Counted from the stretch's first letter, positions 53,373 to 63,113 are shown. The stretch: 64,000 nucleotides of DNA from Nitrospirota bacterium (GCA_963818475.1 CAWFSF010000006.1:288001-352000), one strand, 5' to 3'. Numbers and translations are program-made. Notes: a model not told the origin generated them from the letters alone.

Positions 53373-53967
53373 AAAACCTTCGACACGGAAGAATCGGATT
53401 AACTGCTGGTAAAAGATAAGTTAAAGGGCAAGGGGTTCATACGAAGGACAAACCGTTTTTGCCGTATCCGATGTTATCCGGCTTTTATCCGCCTTTATCC
53501 GTGTCCAAGATCTTTCAGGATTTTCTGTCCAATTATTTTATAAACGTCACCCGGTTGATCTCCTTCAAGTAAAACCTTTGACACGGAAGAATCGGATTAA
53601 CTGCTGGTAAAAGATAAGTTAAAGGGCAAGGGGTTCATACGAAGGACAAACCGTTTTTGCCGTATCCGATGTTATCCGGCTTTTATCCGCCTTTATCCGT
53701 GTCCAAGATCTTTCAGGATTTTCTGTCCAATTATTTTATAAACGTCACCCGGTTGATCTCCTTCAAGTAAAACCTTTGACACGGAAGAATCGGATTAACT
53801 GCTGATAAAGGCGGATACGTCAAGGGGCAAGGGGTTCATACGAAGGACAAACCGTTTTCGCCGTATCCGATGTTATCCGGCTTTTATCCGCCCTTATCCG
53901 TGTCCAAGGCCTTTCAGGATTCTCTGTCCCATTATTCTATAAATGTCACCCGGTTGATCTCCTTCAG
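53373..53967. repeat. Three tandem units of about 198 bp, each a pilB 3' end plus an inverted-repeat shell
   Basis: GACACGGAAGAATCGG at 53382, 53580 and 53778; units 1 and 2 differ at one base, unit 3 is more diverged. Confidence 0.92.
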
Positions 53968-55653
53968 AGTGGTTGCGCCGGCCAGGACCTTGGCAACAGC
54001 CGACTGGCGCAGGGTGGTCATGCCTTCGGAGATCGCGACCTTTCTGAGCTCCGAAGACGGCCGCTTTTCGAGGATCATCTCCCTGACATGGTCGGAGAGG
54101 TCAAGGAACTCGTGAATGGCCTTCCTGCCGCGGAACCCGGTAAAGTTGCATTCCTTGCACCCCGGGGCATCGTAGAACACATGGTCATGGTACTGCTCTG
54201 CGTCCATGGCGGAATCGGTGAGATCCTTGCGCGAAATCGTGACGGGTTTCTTACAGTGCACGCAGAGGATGCGCACGAGCCGCTGTGCCAGGATGCAGTT
54301 AAGCGACGATACGAAGTTGTAGGGCTCGATGCCCATGTTCAGAAAGCGGCCGAGCACGTCGAAGGCATTGTTGGCATGCACCGTGGTAAAGACCAGGTGC
54401 CCCGTAAGCGCGGACTGGACCGCGATCTGGCCGGTTTCGGCGTCGCGGATCTCGCCGACCATGATCTTGTCCGGGTCGTGCCGCAGGATGGAGCGGAGGC
54501 CGCGCGCGAAGGTGAGGCCCTTTTTCTCGTTCACCGGTATCTGCGTCACGCCCCTGAGCTGGTATTCAACGGGGTCCTCGATGGTGATGAACTTGTCCTC
54601 GCCGGTGTTGATCTCGGTCAAAGCCGCGTAGAGCGTCGTGGTCTTGCCGCTGCCCGTGGGTCCGGTGACCAGCACCATGCCGTAGGGTTCGCGAATGCTT
54701 TTGCGGAAACGGCGCAGGTCGTTCTCGTCGAATCCGACACTGTCGAGGCTGAGGGTATTGACGCCGGCGGTGATCGATTCCTTGTCCAGGATGCGGATGA
54801 CCACATCCTCGCCGAATGCGCTCGGCAGGATGGAGACGCGGAAGTCGATGGTCTTGCCGCCGGTCCGGATCTTGAACCTGCCGTCCTGGGGCACGCGGCG
54901 CTCGGCGATGTCGAGGTCGCTCATGACCTTGAGGCGCGACACGATGGCGCTGTGAAACTTGATGTCGATCGGTTCGGTGGCAAGGTAGAGCACGCCGTCG
55001 ATGCGGTACTTGATCAACACGTTCTTGTCGGTCGATTCGATATGGATGTCGCTGGCGCGCCGCTGGATAGCATCGAAGATCGTGGTGTGCATGAGCTTGA
55101 CGATGGGGCTTTCGTCCTTGTCGATGCTCTCCAGGGACAGGACCTCCTCGCCGTTCTCCTGCTCCTTGACGATATTGAGCTTAAAGTCCTCCGAAACGTT
55201 GTGGAGCACCCGCTCGGAGGTGCCGCTCCGCTTGACCACCGCCATGATGGACGAGGTGGTGCTGACGCAGACGTCCACCGGCCGGTCAAGGATCATCTCG
55301 AGCTCATCGATTGCCGGGATGTTGTTCGGGTCGGTCATGGCCACGACGATGCCGCCGCCGTCCGTCTCCTCGACGGGCACGAACTGGTAGCGCTGCATGA
55401 GCTCCACCGGGATCTGTTCGAAGAACGCGGGGTTGATACGGAACTCCGCGAGGTCGAGGTAGCGCAAATCGCGCTGCTCGGCAAGCGCCTGGGCCAGCAC
55501 CTCCTCGGAGATGATCCCGTCGGCGGCTAACAGCTCGCCGATGCGCTTTCCCCGGCTCGCGGGCCGCGCCAGGAGCTCGCTGATCTGCTCCTGCGTGGTG
55601 AGCCCCTTGGATACGATGATCTCGCCGAGCCTTTTTCTTCTAAAGGATGTCAT
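53932..55653 (-). CDS. pilB: PilB/GspE family assembly ATPase with N-terminal MshEN domain
   Basis: RLGEII..G, GPTGSGKTTTLY, TIEDPVE, LRHDPD..MVGEIRD, two CxxC motifs. Confidence 0.93.
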   Translation of the reverse strand: MTSFRRKRLGEIIVSKGLTTQEQISELLARPASRGKRIGELLAADGIISEEVLAQALAEQRDLRYLDLAEFRINPAFFEQIPVELMQRYQFVPVEETDGGGIVVAMTDPNNIPAIDELEMILDRPVDVCVSTTSSIMAVVKRSGTSERVLHNVSEDFKLNIVKEQENGEEVLSLESIDKDESPIVKLMHTTIFDAIQRRASDIHIESTDKNVLIKYRIDGVLYLATEPIDIKFHSAIVSRLKVMSDLDIAERRVPQDGRFKIRTGGKTIDFRVSILPSAFGEDVVIRILDKESITAGVNTLSLDSVGFDENDLRRFRKSIREPYGMVLVTGPTGSGKTTTLYAALTEINTGEDKFITIEDPVEYQLRGVTQIPVNEKKGLTFARGLRSILRHDPDKIMVGEIRDAETGQIAVQSALTGHLVFTTVHANNAFDVLGRFLNMGIEPYNFVSSLNCILAQRLVRILCVHCKKPVTISRKDLTDSAMDAEQYHDHVFYDAPGCKECNFTGFRGRKAIHEFLDLSDHVREMILEKRPSSELRKVAISEGMTTLRQSAVAKVLAGATTLKEINRVTFIE

Positions 55654-56840
55654 TTGAGGCGCGCCCCCATTTCGAATATCGGAAGATATAAAGCGACCAC
55701 GATCACCGCGATGATGATGCCCATGGTGAGCATCAGCACCGGCTCGATCATGGTCGTAAGCATGCCAAGCCGGGTCTCGACCTCCTGGTCGTAGAACTCG
55801 GCCACATCCTCGAGCATCTGCGGCAGGTCGCCTGAAGATTCGCCCACCTCGATCATCCGCACCGTCATGTCAGGCGCGATCTTGGTGCGTTCGAAGGCGC
55901 CTGCAAGGCTCACGCCTTCGGTCACCTGCTGCCGGGCGTCGGTGAGCCGTTTAGCGACCACCGAGTTGGCGATGACGCCGGCCGTGGTATTCAGCGCTTC
56001 GACCAGCGGGATGCCGCCGCGGAGCACCGCTGCCAGGGTGCGCGTGAGCTGCGCCAGAACATACTGGGTCACGAGCGTGCGGACCAGCGGGACCCTGAGC
56101 ACGAAACCGTCGAGCGCTGTCTTGCCTTTGGCGGTCCGCTGCCAGAAGTAGATGCCGAAGCCGGCGGCGATGATGCCGGAGAAAATGAAGGGGGCATAGG
56201 TCGTGAGCACGTCAGTGAACGACACAAGCAGCGTGGTCAGGAAGGGGAGCTCACCGCCTTGTTCTCCGTACATCTGGGTGAAGTTGGGAATGATGTACAG
56301 GAAAAAGAGCAGCAGCACGGCGCCGACGATCACCACCAGGAAGGCCGGGTAGGCGAGCGCCGTGACCAGCTTTCGTTTGATGGCCAGCATCTTTTTCTGG
56401 TACGCGATAAAACGGATGATCACCTCAACGAGGGCTCCGCTTTTTTCCCCGGCGCGGACCGTTGCCGTGTAGAGCGGGGGGAAATAGGCGGGATGGCTCG
56501 TCATGGCGTCCGAAAGCGCCGCGCCCGCCCGGATATCGTGCAGGATGCTGGTGAGCGCGGCATGAAAACCTTGTTTCTCAGTCCGTTTTTGCAGGATCTC
56601 CAGCGACTGCACAATGGGTAGCCCCGCCTTGATGAGCGTGGCAAACTCCTGGTTAAAGATGAGAAAGTCCTTGGCAGAGCCGCGGGTGGTGCCGAGCCCT
56701 AACTTCTTTTCCTGCAAGGAGGTTACGAGGTAGCCGCGCGCCTCGAGGTCCTGTCGCAGCTCCTGGACATCAGCGGCCATCGCCTCGTCAGTGACAGCGG
56801 TTCCGTCTTCTCGCATGGCTTTATACGTATAGAGAGGCAT
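55650..56840 (-). CDS. pilC: PilC/GspF platform protein
   Basis: AGLP, GEKSG.L, ALAYP, VGESSGDL, IEP, YLPIF. Confidence 0.92.
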   Translation of the reverse strand: MPLYTYKAMREDGTAVTDEAMAADVQELRQDLEARGYLVTSLQEKKLGLGTTRGSAKDFLIFNQEFATLIKAGLPIVQSLEILQKRTEKQGFHAALTSILHDIRAGAALSDAMTSHPAYFPPLYTATVRAGEKSGALVEVIIRFIAYQKKMLAIKRKLVTALAYPAFLVVIVGAVLLLFFLYIIPNFTQMYGEQGGELPFLTTLLVSFTDVLTTYAPFIFSGIIAAGFGIYFWQRTAKGKTALDGFVLRVPLVRTLVTQYVLAQLTRTLAAVLRGGIPLVEALNTTAGVIANSVVAKRLTDARQQVTEGVSLAGAFERTKIAPDMTVRMIEVGESSGDLPQMLEDVAEFYDQEVETRLGMLTTMIEPVLMLTMGIIIAVIVVALYLPIFEMGARLK

Positions 56841-56900
56841 TCAAAATAATACCAGATAGGGCTCGTATAAGTCAATAAATGTATTGAGGAAACAGTGCAG

Positions 56901-57941
56901 TCAGCGAAGATTCTTCCAGTACTTCTTTTGAACCGAGATGATCTTGTCGATGACCTGTTCTGCTGCGGGTGTTGAATGGACCTTTGCCTGCAGGGGTTCG
57001 GACCCCAGCATTGCCAGAATAACGGCCCGGACCCCGTCGCGCAGGCCTTGGGGGTTGTATCCGCCTTCAAGCGCAAGCAGGACCCTGCCGTTGCAGGTCT
57101 TGTCTGCTATGTCCTTGACAAGCCCTGCCAGGGCGCCGAAGCCTTCGGCAGTCACCTGCATTCCGCCGAGTGGATCTGCAAAATAGGGATCGAACCCGGC
57201 AGATACGAGGACGAACTCGGGCCGGTATTCGAGTGCGATGGGTTTGAGAATGCGTTCGTACACGGAAAGATACTCCTCGTTTCCGAAGCCCGTGGGGAAG
57301 GGTGCGTTCACGGTGAATCCCTCGCCGCTGCCGCTGCCGACCTGGTCGAAATTGCCTGAGCCGGGATAATGGGGGTACTGGTGGGAGGAAAAGTAGAGCA
57401 CAGACCGGTCATCGTAAAATGCGTGCTGGGTGCCGTTCCCGTGGTGAAGGTCCCAGTCCACGATAAGGATCCGTTTCAGCCCGTACTTCTCTTTTGCATA
57501 GGCTGCTGCGATTGCGACATTGTTAAAAAGACAGAAGCCCATGCTATGCCCGGGCTCGGCATGGTGGCCTGGGGGACGGACGAAAGCAAAAACAGGGTTC
57601 AGGGTCCGGGGTCCAGGGTTCAGGAGGGAATCCACTGCCTGGAGCAGGCCGCCTGCGGCCAGGCGGGCGATCTCGTAGGACCGAGCGGACAGTCCGGTGT
57701 CGGCGTCGAGCTGGGTATGGGCCTTTCCTGCTGTGTTCGCCACGGTTTGGATATAGAACGGGTCGTGAATGAGGGCCAGCTCGCTTTCTGTTGCGAGACG
57801 CGGTGCGATCTTCGGGAGGCTGGCAAATTCCCTGTCAAGGAGGTCGTGGATGACTCGCAGCCTATCTGGACTTTCGGGATGGCCGTCGCCGGGGTTGTGC
57901 TCCAGATACCGGTCGTCTCGGATGATCGCAAGGGAGGACAT
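56901..57941 (-). CDS. Histone deacetylase family protein
   Basis: HPESPDR, RPPGHHA, GFCLFNN, DWDLHHGNGTQ, SAGFD, LEGGY. Confidence 0.94.
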   Translation of the reverse strand: MSSLAIIRDDRYLEHNPGDGHPESPDRLRVIHDLLDREFASLPKIAPRLATESELALIHDPFYIQTVANTAGKAHTQLDADTGLSARSYEIARLAAGGLLQAVDSLLNPGPRTLNPVFAFVRPPGHHAEPGHSMGFCLFNNVAIAAAYAKEKYGLKRILIVDWDLHHGNGTQHAFYDDRSVLYFSSHQYPHYPGSGNFDQVGSGSGEGFTVNAPFPTGFGNEEYLSVYERILKPIALEYRPEFVLVSAGFDPYFADPLGGMQVTAEGFGALAGLVKDIADKTCNGRVLLALEGGYNPQGLRDGVRAVILAMLGSEPLQAKVHSTPAAEQVIDKIISVQKKYWKNLR

Positions 57942-57997
57942 TGCTTGCTTCACCTTTCTCTTGATGCGGGGAGATTCTTACCTATAAACCGGAAGCT

Positions 57998-58169
57998 AGC
58001 CACATAAAGCACATAAGTCACATAGACAAAACAAAAAGTTAACTACTCAGGTCAATATATTATCCGCAGATTACGCAGATTTCTCAGGTGTAATGCCATT
58101 CAGGACTCAGATGTTCTGAGTAGCTACTGAGTAGCTACATTCTTTGTGAATTCTGTGCATTTTGTGGCT
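57998..58169. repeat. AGCCACATAAAGCACATAAG..TTTGTGGCT inverted short-repeat shell
   Basis: 9-mer-like tandem arrays in opposite orientation; internal CCGCAGATTACGCAGATT. Confidence 0.55.
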
Positions 58170-58284
58170 CAACTGTTATCTGCCGCACTCTGGCAATAAA
58201 AGAAAAACCCTTCAGTGCATCCGTAGTGACATGCAGAAGGGTTTTAAGGGCACGCTTGCATTTATCTTAAGGCGCGTGAGAGTC

Positions 58285-58839
58285 CTATTTCTGTTCCCCC
58301 GGCCGCGCGATCGGATGCGGCGCTACTTCCTTGTAGTTTTTCACGCCCAGCGACTCAAGCCATTTCTGCATGGCCGGCGAGCTGGGGCACTTGGCCGGCA
58401 TCTTGGCGTCGGGAGCGCAGACGGCAAGGATCGTTTTGACCAGGTCCAGAGCGCTGAACTCCAGGATGTCCTGAATGTTCTTCGGTGTGGCATTGTCGAT
58501 CATCAGGATGTTCTCGCGGTACCAGCCGTCGCCCCGGGGGGTCATCGGTCCGCAGGGGATATGCTCGACATTCTTCGGGAGCGCCCCCTTTTTCAGCGCG
58601 AAATTGGAAACATCGGCGCGCAGCTGCTGGAGGCCTTTAAAGGCGGGGTTCGAGCAGATGCCGGCCTTGCCCCAGCAAATGGGGTCGAACTTGGAGATCT
58701 TGATCCCGCAGCAGTACAGGTATGCCTGGGCGCCCAGTTCAGGCGCCTGGCGGATGACGATGTAAAAATAATCGTTTTTATATTCATACGAGCGTATTGC
58801 ATTTTGAGTGCTCAATGGAGGCTCCGTTTCCCCGGTCAA
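58285..58839 (-). CDS. Hypothetical protein
   Basis: 184-aa ORF, co-oriented with neighbours; start uncertain. Confidence 0.55.
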   Translation of the reverse strand: MTGETEPPLSTQNAIRSYEYKNDYFYIVIRQAPELGAQAYLYCCGIKISKFDPICWGKAGICSNPAFKGLQQLRADVSNFALKKGALPKNVEHIPCGPMTPRGDGWYRENILMIDNATPKNIQDILEFSALDLVKTILAVCAPDAKMPAKCPSSPAMQKWLESLGVKNYKEVAPHPIARPGEQK

Positions 58840-58919
58840 GGAATGGCATCACGCTGGTCAATGAACGTCCGGTGAACGATCGTCGCTCACGGCGGTCCCT
58901 TCACATGCCCGAGGTTCTT

Positions 58920-59258
58920 TTACCTGGTCTTGCTTTTTGTCTTTGCCTTGGTCTTGGAAACAGGGGCTTTTTTCTTCGGAGCCGGTTTTGCTTTTGCTTT
59001 CGCTTTCGCCTGCAGCTGCAGGACCTGTTTTTTCAGCGCATCGATCTCCACGTTCTGGTCCTTTAGCATCTGCTCGAGCTTGGCATTGTCCTGCTTTACT
59101 GTTTCGAGTTCAACGTTTTTCGCGTTCAGCTCGTTGCGCGCCTTGTTCGCATAGCCGAAGCTTACGATCAGCAGGACCACCACCAGGGCGGCCACTGCCA
59201 GGAAAATGAGCTTTGCTTTCTGTGCATCGTCCTTTTCGTTCCGTTCCGTTCTCTCCAT
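58920..59258 (-). CDS. Membrane-anchored coiled-coil protein with Lys-rich tail
   Basis: One TM segment, heptad pattern, GGAGGG RBS. Confidence 0.7.
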   Translation of the reverse strand: MERTERNEKDDAQKAKLIFLAVAALVVVLLIVSFGYANKARNELNAKNVELETVKQDNAKLEQMLKDQNVEIDALKKQVLQLQAKAKAKAKPAPKKKAPVSKTKAKTKSKTR

Positions 59259-59299
59259 GCGTTATTTCTACCCTCCCTCTCTGTCATGAAAAAGCTATG

Positions 59300-59810
59300 T
59301 TAGTGGTATCGTTTGACCTCGAACCTGAACAGTTTGACCGGGGTGCCCGGCGCGATGCCCGCCTTTTGCATGGCAATGCTGATCTGCTGTTCCGCCGTAT
59401 CCACGCCTTCGAGGTCGGGCAGCAGCAGACCGCGCCTTCCGCCGGCCTGCACGATCACGCCGTAGCGTTTCGGATCGAGCATGCTTTTGTCCTCGATCGC
59501 TTCGGGCGGCGACAGCACGTCCACGCTATACTCAAGGGCATCCAGCTCATGGTCGCGTAATGCAGGGAAAGCGCGGATCGCAGGTCGCGGCACTGATCGC
59601 GTTCCGTACGATCTCGTGGGCCACATCGGGCTCTGCGGGCTGAAAGGTGCCGATGCAGCCCCTGAGCATGCCTTTTGATTTGAGGCAGACGAACACGCCT
59701 GCCTGCTGAGTGAACTCGGCGGGAAGGTCGTGCTCCGGGATGGTGAGGATGCTCCCGTTCCGGATGTAGAGCTCAACCGCTTCTTTCGCCAGCGCTACGA
59801 GAGGGTGCAT
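59300..59810 (-). CDS. AMMECR1-domain (AmmeMemoRadiSam protein A) protein, frameshift near 59570
   Basis: [31 protein letters not shown]. Confidence 0.88.
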
Positions 59811-60796
59811 TACATCTCCCGTTGTACCACGTAATCTGCCAGGGCCAGAAGCGCCTGGCGCGGCGACGAATCCGGGAAGATGGTCAGGGCCGCTTTCGCC
59901 CCGTCGGAAAAGGACTGCGCCACGGCGAGCGCTTCATTGACCGTATCGTATTTTTCCATGATGCCGATGGTATAGCTGAGGTCCTCGTCGGTCATGGCCT
60001 CTGCCTGCAGGATCTGGTCGAGCCGGCCTTTTTCTTCGGGAGTGGCCTTGCGGATGGCATAGATGAGCGGAAGCGTGACCTTGCCCTCGGCCAGGTCCTT
60101 GCCGAGCACCTTGCCGAGCTGCTTCTGGTCCGCTGCATAATCGAGGGTGTCGTCGGTGATCTGGAACGCATAGCCCAGCTTTTTCCCGTAGGCCGTGAGC
60201 GCGTCTTCCTGCGAAAGGGGGGCCTTGCCGATGATGGCGCCGAGCCGGCAGGATGCGGAAATGAGCACGCCGGTCTTGCACTCGACGAGGCGATAGTAGT
60301 CGGCCTCGGTGATGTCGATGTTCTGGATCTGCATGAGCTGCAGGACCTCGCCTTCGGACATGGTCGTGGTGGTCTCGGAGAGAACGTCCATGACCCGCTG
60401 GTTCTGGAGGCGGACCCCGTGGTAGAGGGCTTTCGAGTACAGGTAGTCGCCCACGAGGATGCTGGCCTGGTTGCCCCAGAGGGAGTTTGCCGAGGATTTG
60501 CCGCGCCGGACCTTGGCTTCGTCGATCACGTCGTCGTGCAGGAGCGATGCCGTGTGGATGAACTCGACGACGCCGCCCAGGGTATATTCGGCGTTGTGGT
60601 CCCGGCATCCGCAGAGCCGCGCCGAGAGCAGGTGCAGCAGGGGCCGGAACCGCTTGCCGCCCGCGCCGAGGATGTATTTGCTCACCTGCCGGATAAGCTC
60701 GACGTCGGTCCCCAGGCTCTCATGGATGCGGTGCTCCATGCGCTCCATGTCGGACTTGAATTCTTTTAAGACGTCTTGAATGGTCGTTATCATCAC
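59810..60796 (-). CDS. ispB: Polyprenyl (octaprenyl) diphosphate synthase
   Basis: GGKRFRP, LLHDDVID..RRG, FQITDD.LD, GKDL.EGK.TLP. Confidence 0.92.
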   Translation of the reverse strand: MMITTIQDVLKEFKSDMERMEHRIHESLGTDVELIRQVSKYILGAGGKRFRPLLHLLSARLCGCRDHNAEYTLGGVVEFIHTASLLHDDVIDEAKVRRGKSSANSLWGNQASILVGDYLYSKALYHGVRLQNQRVMDVLSETTTTMSEGEVLQLMQIQNIDITEADYYRLVECKTGVLISASCRLGAIIGKAPLSQEDALTAYGKKLGYAFQITDDTLDYAADQKQLGKVLGKDLAEGKVTLPLIYAIRKATPEEKGRLDQILQAEAMTDEDLSYTIGIMEKYDTVNEALAVAQSFSDGAKAALTIFPDSSPRQALLALADYVVQREM

Positions 60797-60985
60797 GTTG
60801 TCTCAGGGGAGATGCTTTAAAAGAATAATAGGTGAGAGGCCCTGTATTGTCAAGGATTTTTGTAGCAGGGAGGGTACGGCACGTGCGTTAGGTGCGGGAA
60901 AAAGGCGCATGCATTGGACCGGAATACCCGCTCAAGTATCGGGGTCCCCCGGTAGGCTCGCTCAATCTGTTGAACCACTGATGTG

Positions 60986-61540
60986 CTATACCGGTTGTCC
61001 ATTCCGGTTCTTTGGAAGCCGGCGCTCAATGCTCTGCAGCAAGGCCAGGACATCAGCGGGAGAGATGGTGTCGCCGATGCACTCGACGCCGGAGAGGGGA
61101 TTGAAGCTTCCTTTGAGCTTATCGTCTATCACGAACCTGCCCCATGCGGCCCTGCGCCTGGGTTCGTCTTTTTTGAAGTAGAAATAATTTCCGTGAGCCG
61201 CTGCGTTGCGAAGGTGACGAAAGACCTCGAATTCCGGCGATTGATCGTTATGAGCGTCGGCGACGGTGTAGGAAGTGCAAAGAAGCATGCAGCAAAGCGA
61301 TTTTATCACTGAATCTGCCGTAAGGTCTCCGGACACAGACAAAGCATGGATCTGCCCCATGTCTATGGCCAGGTCGGGCCGCACCTTGCCGAGATGCCAG
61401 GCAATCTGGTCGGGGCCAGGGGCAAGAGGATCCTCCTTTTCGAAAACGGTGGCTATTCCCGCGGTTGCTGCCAGGAATGTCGTGACCATTTCGTAGAACG
61501 GGCTGTCTTGCGTAAAGATGATAGTGCGTGGATTACTCAT
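60986..61540 (-). CDS. Hypothetical protein (probable gene cassette; RxxxxH motif)
   Basis: 184-aa ORF downstream of an attC 3' half; RHLRNAAAH resembles the HEPN RxxxxH motif. Confidence 0.6.
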   Translation of the reverse strand: MSNPRTIIFTQDSPFYEMVTTFLAATAGIATVFEKEDPLAPGPDQIAWHLGKVRPDLAIDMGQIHALSVSGDLTADSVIKSLCCMLLCTSYTVADAHNDQSPEFEVFRHLRNAAAHGNYFYFKKDEPRRRAAWGRFVIDDKLKGSFNPLSGVECIGDTISPADVLALLQSIERRLPKNRNGQPV

Positions 61541-61615
61541 TGCGCTCGCTCCGATTCCCGATGATTCAAGCTGCAGTTATTAGATGAACACGCGCCTGAC
61601 GCGCCGCCTTCGGGC

Positions 61616-61909
61616 GACTGCTGCCTTCCGTTCGTTCCAGACGTCGCCTTTCCCTCCGCTGCTTTGAAGGTTATCCTATTGTCCACAACTATACATATTT
61701 CGGGATTCAATAACACGGCCTGCAAACTCGCTCCGCCCGGCTTCGTACCTTCCCTCACGGAAACGCACGCGGGCTTCGCTACCGACCTGCCAGCTGGGCT
61801 TTAGTCGGGTGGGACTTGAGCAACGACACTCTCGCCCACTGGACAATAATGACAAATTTCATCACGCCTACGGCGTGATTCCCGATATCTCGGGCTTATC
61901 TTGACGCAA
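61616..61909 (-). mobile_element. 5' fragment (domain I region) of a group II intron; no RT ORF or domains V-VI
   Basis: Begins TTGCGTCAAGATAAG; contains AGTCCCACC..AAAGCCCAG..GGTAGCGAAG..CGAAGC..GAGCGAGTTTGCAGGCCGTG..CGGAAGGCAGCAGTC, typical of bacterial IIB-like introns. Confidence 0.7.
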
Positions 61910-61964
61910 GGAACGACTTGTTACCTTTTTTATCTAATTATTTCGATCATATGAAAGGTTAACT

Positions 61965-62228
61965 TTATCTAAGTTTGGATGATCGATTTTTTTGTCGTGA
62001 ATATTCGCGCAAAATCATAAACATAATTATGCCCACGATAAATGCTAGTATCAGAGAGACGGATAAAAGCGGAATACTAGGAAGTTCATCGCCATTATGA
62101 ATTGGGGTGTCTGCCAAACAGAGAAGGATTATAGGAAAAGAACCAGCAATAGCTGCAATCGCGATAAATAAATGTAAAGCATAACGGAAACAAATTTGCA
62201 CTGGTGTCTGCTTGCTTCCTTTTTTCAT
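61965..62228 (-). CDS. Small two-TM hypothetical protein (gene cassette)
   Basis: AT-rich; ATG shortly after the GTTATCG core; followed by attC start AGGTAACAAGTCGTTCC. Confidence 0.65.
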   Translation of the reverse strand: MKKGSKQTPVQICFRYALHLFIAIAAIAGSFPIILLCLADTPIHNGDELPSIPLLSVSLILAFIVGIIMFMILREYSRQKNRSSKLR

Positions 62229-62238
62229 GTATTAACTC

Positions 62239-62298
62239 CGATAACGCGCGGGTGAGGAGCGTGCATTCCGCGACTCACTCGACCCGCTGGTTGTATCG
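62239..62298 (-). other. Integron attC site
   Basis: CGATACAAC-CAGCGGGTCGAG..CTCACCCGCGC-GTTATCG imperfect palindrome with R and L boxes. Confidence 0.8.
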
Positions 62299-62320
62299 TT
62301 ACTTGTTCGTTTTTATCGCC

Positions 62321-62785
62321 TTAGTCCTGTATTCCGGTCAATTCGCGCAGCTTCATCACAATGGGATGTTCACTCCATATGTTGAATGTCGCTTTAAATT
62401 TCACTTTTGGAATAAATGTAATTCTTTCTCCAAAGTCGCTCGAAGGATAAATAGTGACAGTAATTGTCTTTGGCCTCATTAACCTCGACTCGCTAATATG
62501 TTTAATATTCAACAAAGGAACTCTAATTATTTTTGCGAAATTCTTGATAACCAAAACATCTTTATCAACAGATACGGTTCTTAAACGAAACGTATCGATC
62601 AACAAGAACAAGGAGCCTGCTATCCAAGCAACTAAGAAAATCAATCTCGGATCATCTGAGGATTGTGGTTGGTTGAATGTACCAAGCCACATCGCAATTG
62701 TGCCTGCTCCGAATCCTGTAATCCACAGGAAAGGGAATAGCACTTTATAATAAAACGTCATTGAGGAAGATAATTTCTCGTCCAT
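62321..62785 (-). CDS. Hypothetical membrane protein (gene cassette)
   Basis: AT-rich, two TM segments; bounded by GTTGTATCG (62807-62799) and the complementary CGATACAAC (62298-62290). Confidence 0.75.
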   Translation of the reverse strand: MDEKLSSSMTFYYKVLFPFLWITGFGAGTIAMWLGTFNQPQSSDDPRLIFLVAWIAGSLFLLIDTFRLRTVSVDKDVLVIKNFAKIIRVPLLNIKHISESRLMRPKTITVTIYPSSDFGERITFIPKVKFKATFNIWSEHPIVMKLRELTGIQD

Positions 62786-63113
62786 ATTTGTTTTGTCCCG
62801 ATACAACAAGTGATTGATGGGACGGAAGTTGTTATCTACATATATATAAAAGTATATGCCAGTATATAAAACCATATACCTGTATATAACAGACTTCCAT
62901 ATATAGGTATATATCTTTTCAGGTTAGCAAGCCTCTATGATTCATCTATATGTATATGCTTTTCCGGCATATGTTGCAAGAATATATTCCTGATTCATGG
63001 CGAGGTTGAATGAGTTGAATGAATATATTATGGGCATGTCGAGAATACAGTCTGTAGCTTAAAAGTGTCTCAAAGAAGTGCATCTAGGGCGATTCAGAAA
63101 TTACACAGCGCTT

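Noticed and set aside
53373-53967. CRISPR array or DGR template/variable repeat
   Set aside because: No unique spacers, no cas or RT gene, and the differences between units are not restricted to adenines
54088-55530. Long antisense ORFs (also 31180-32541, 59822-60769, 41512-42516)
   Set aside because: Shadows of GC-rich coding genes on the opposite strand, with no recognisable motifs
1613-59810. Widespread pseudogenisation (about 20 frameshifted genes)
   Set aside because: Single-base shifts hit housekeeping genes (tkt, nuoB/CD/G/L/M/N) while catalytic motifs stay intact, which fits long-read indel error better than decay; needs read polishing
60930-60985. attC site after the last cassette ORF
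   Set aside because: GGTTCAAC is present but no convincing L boxes or matching GTT core could be found
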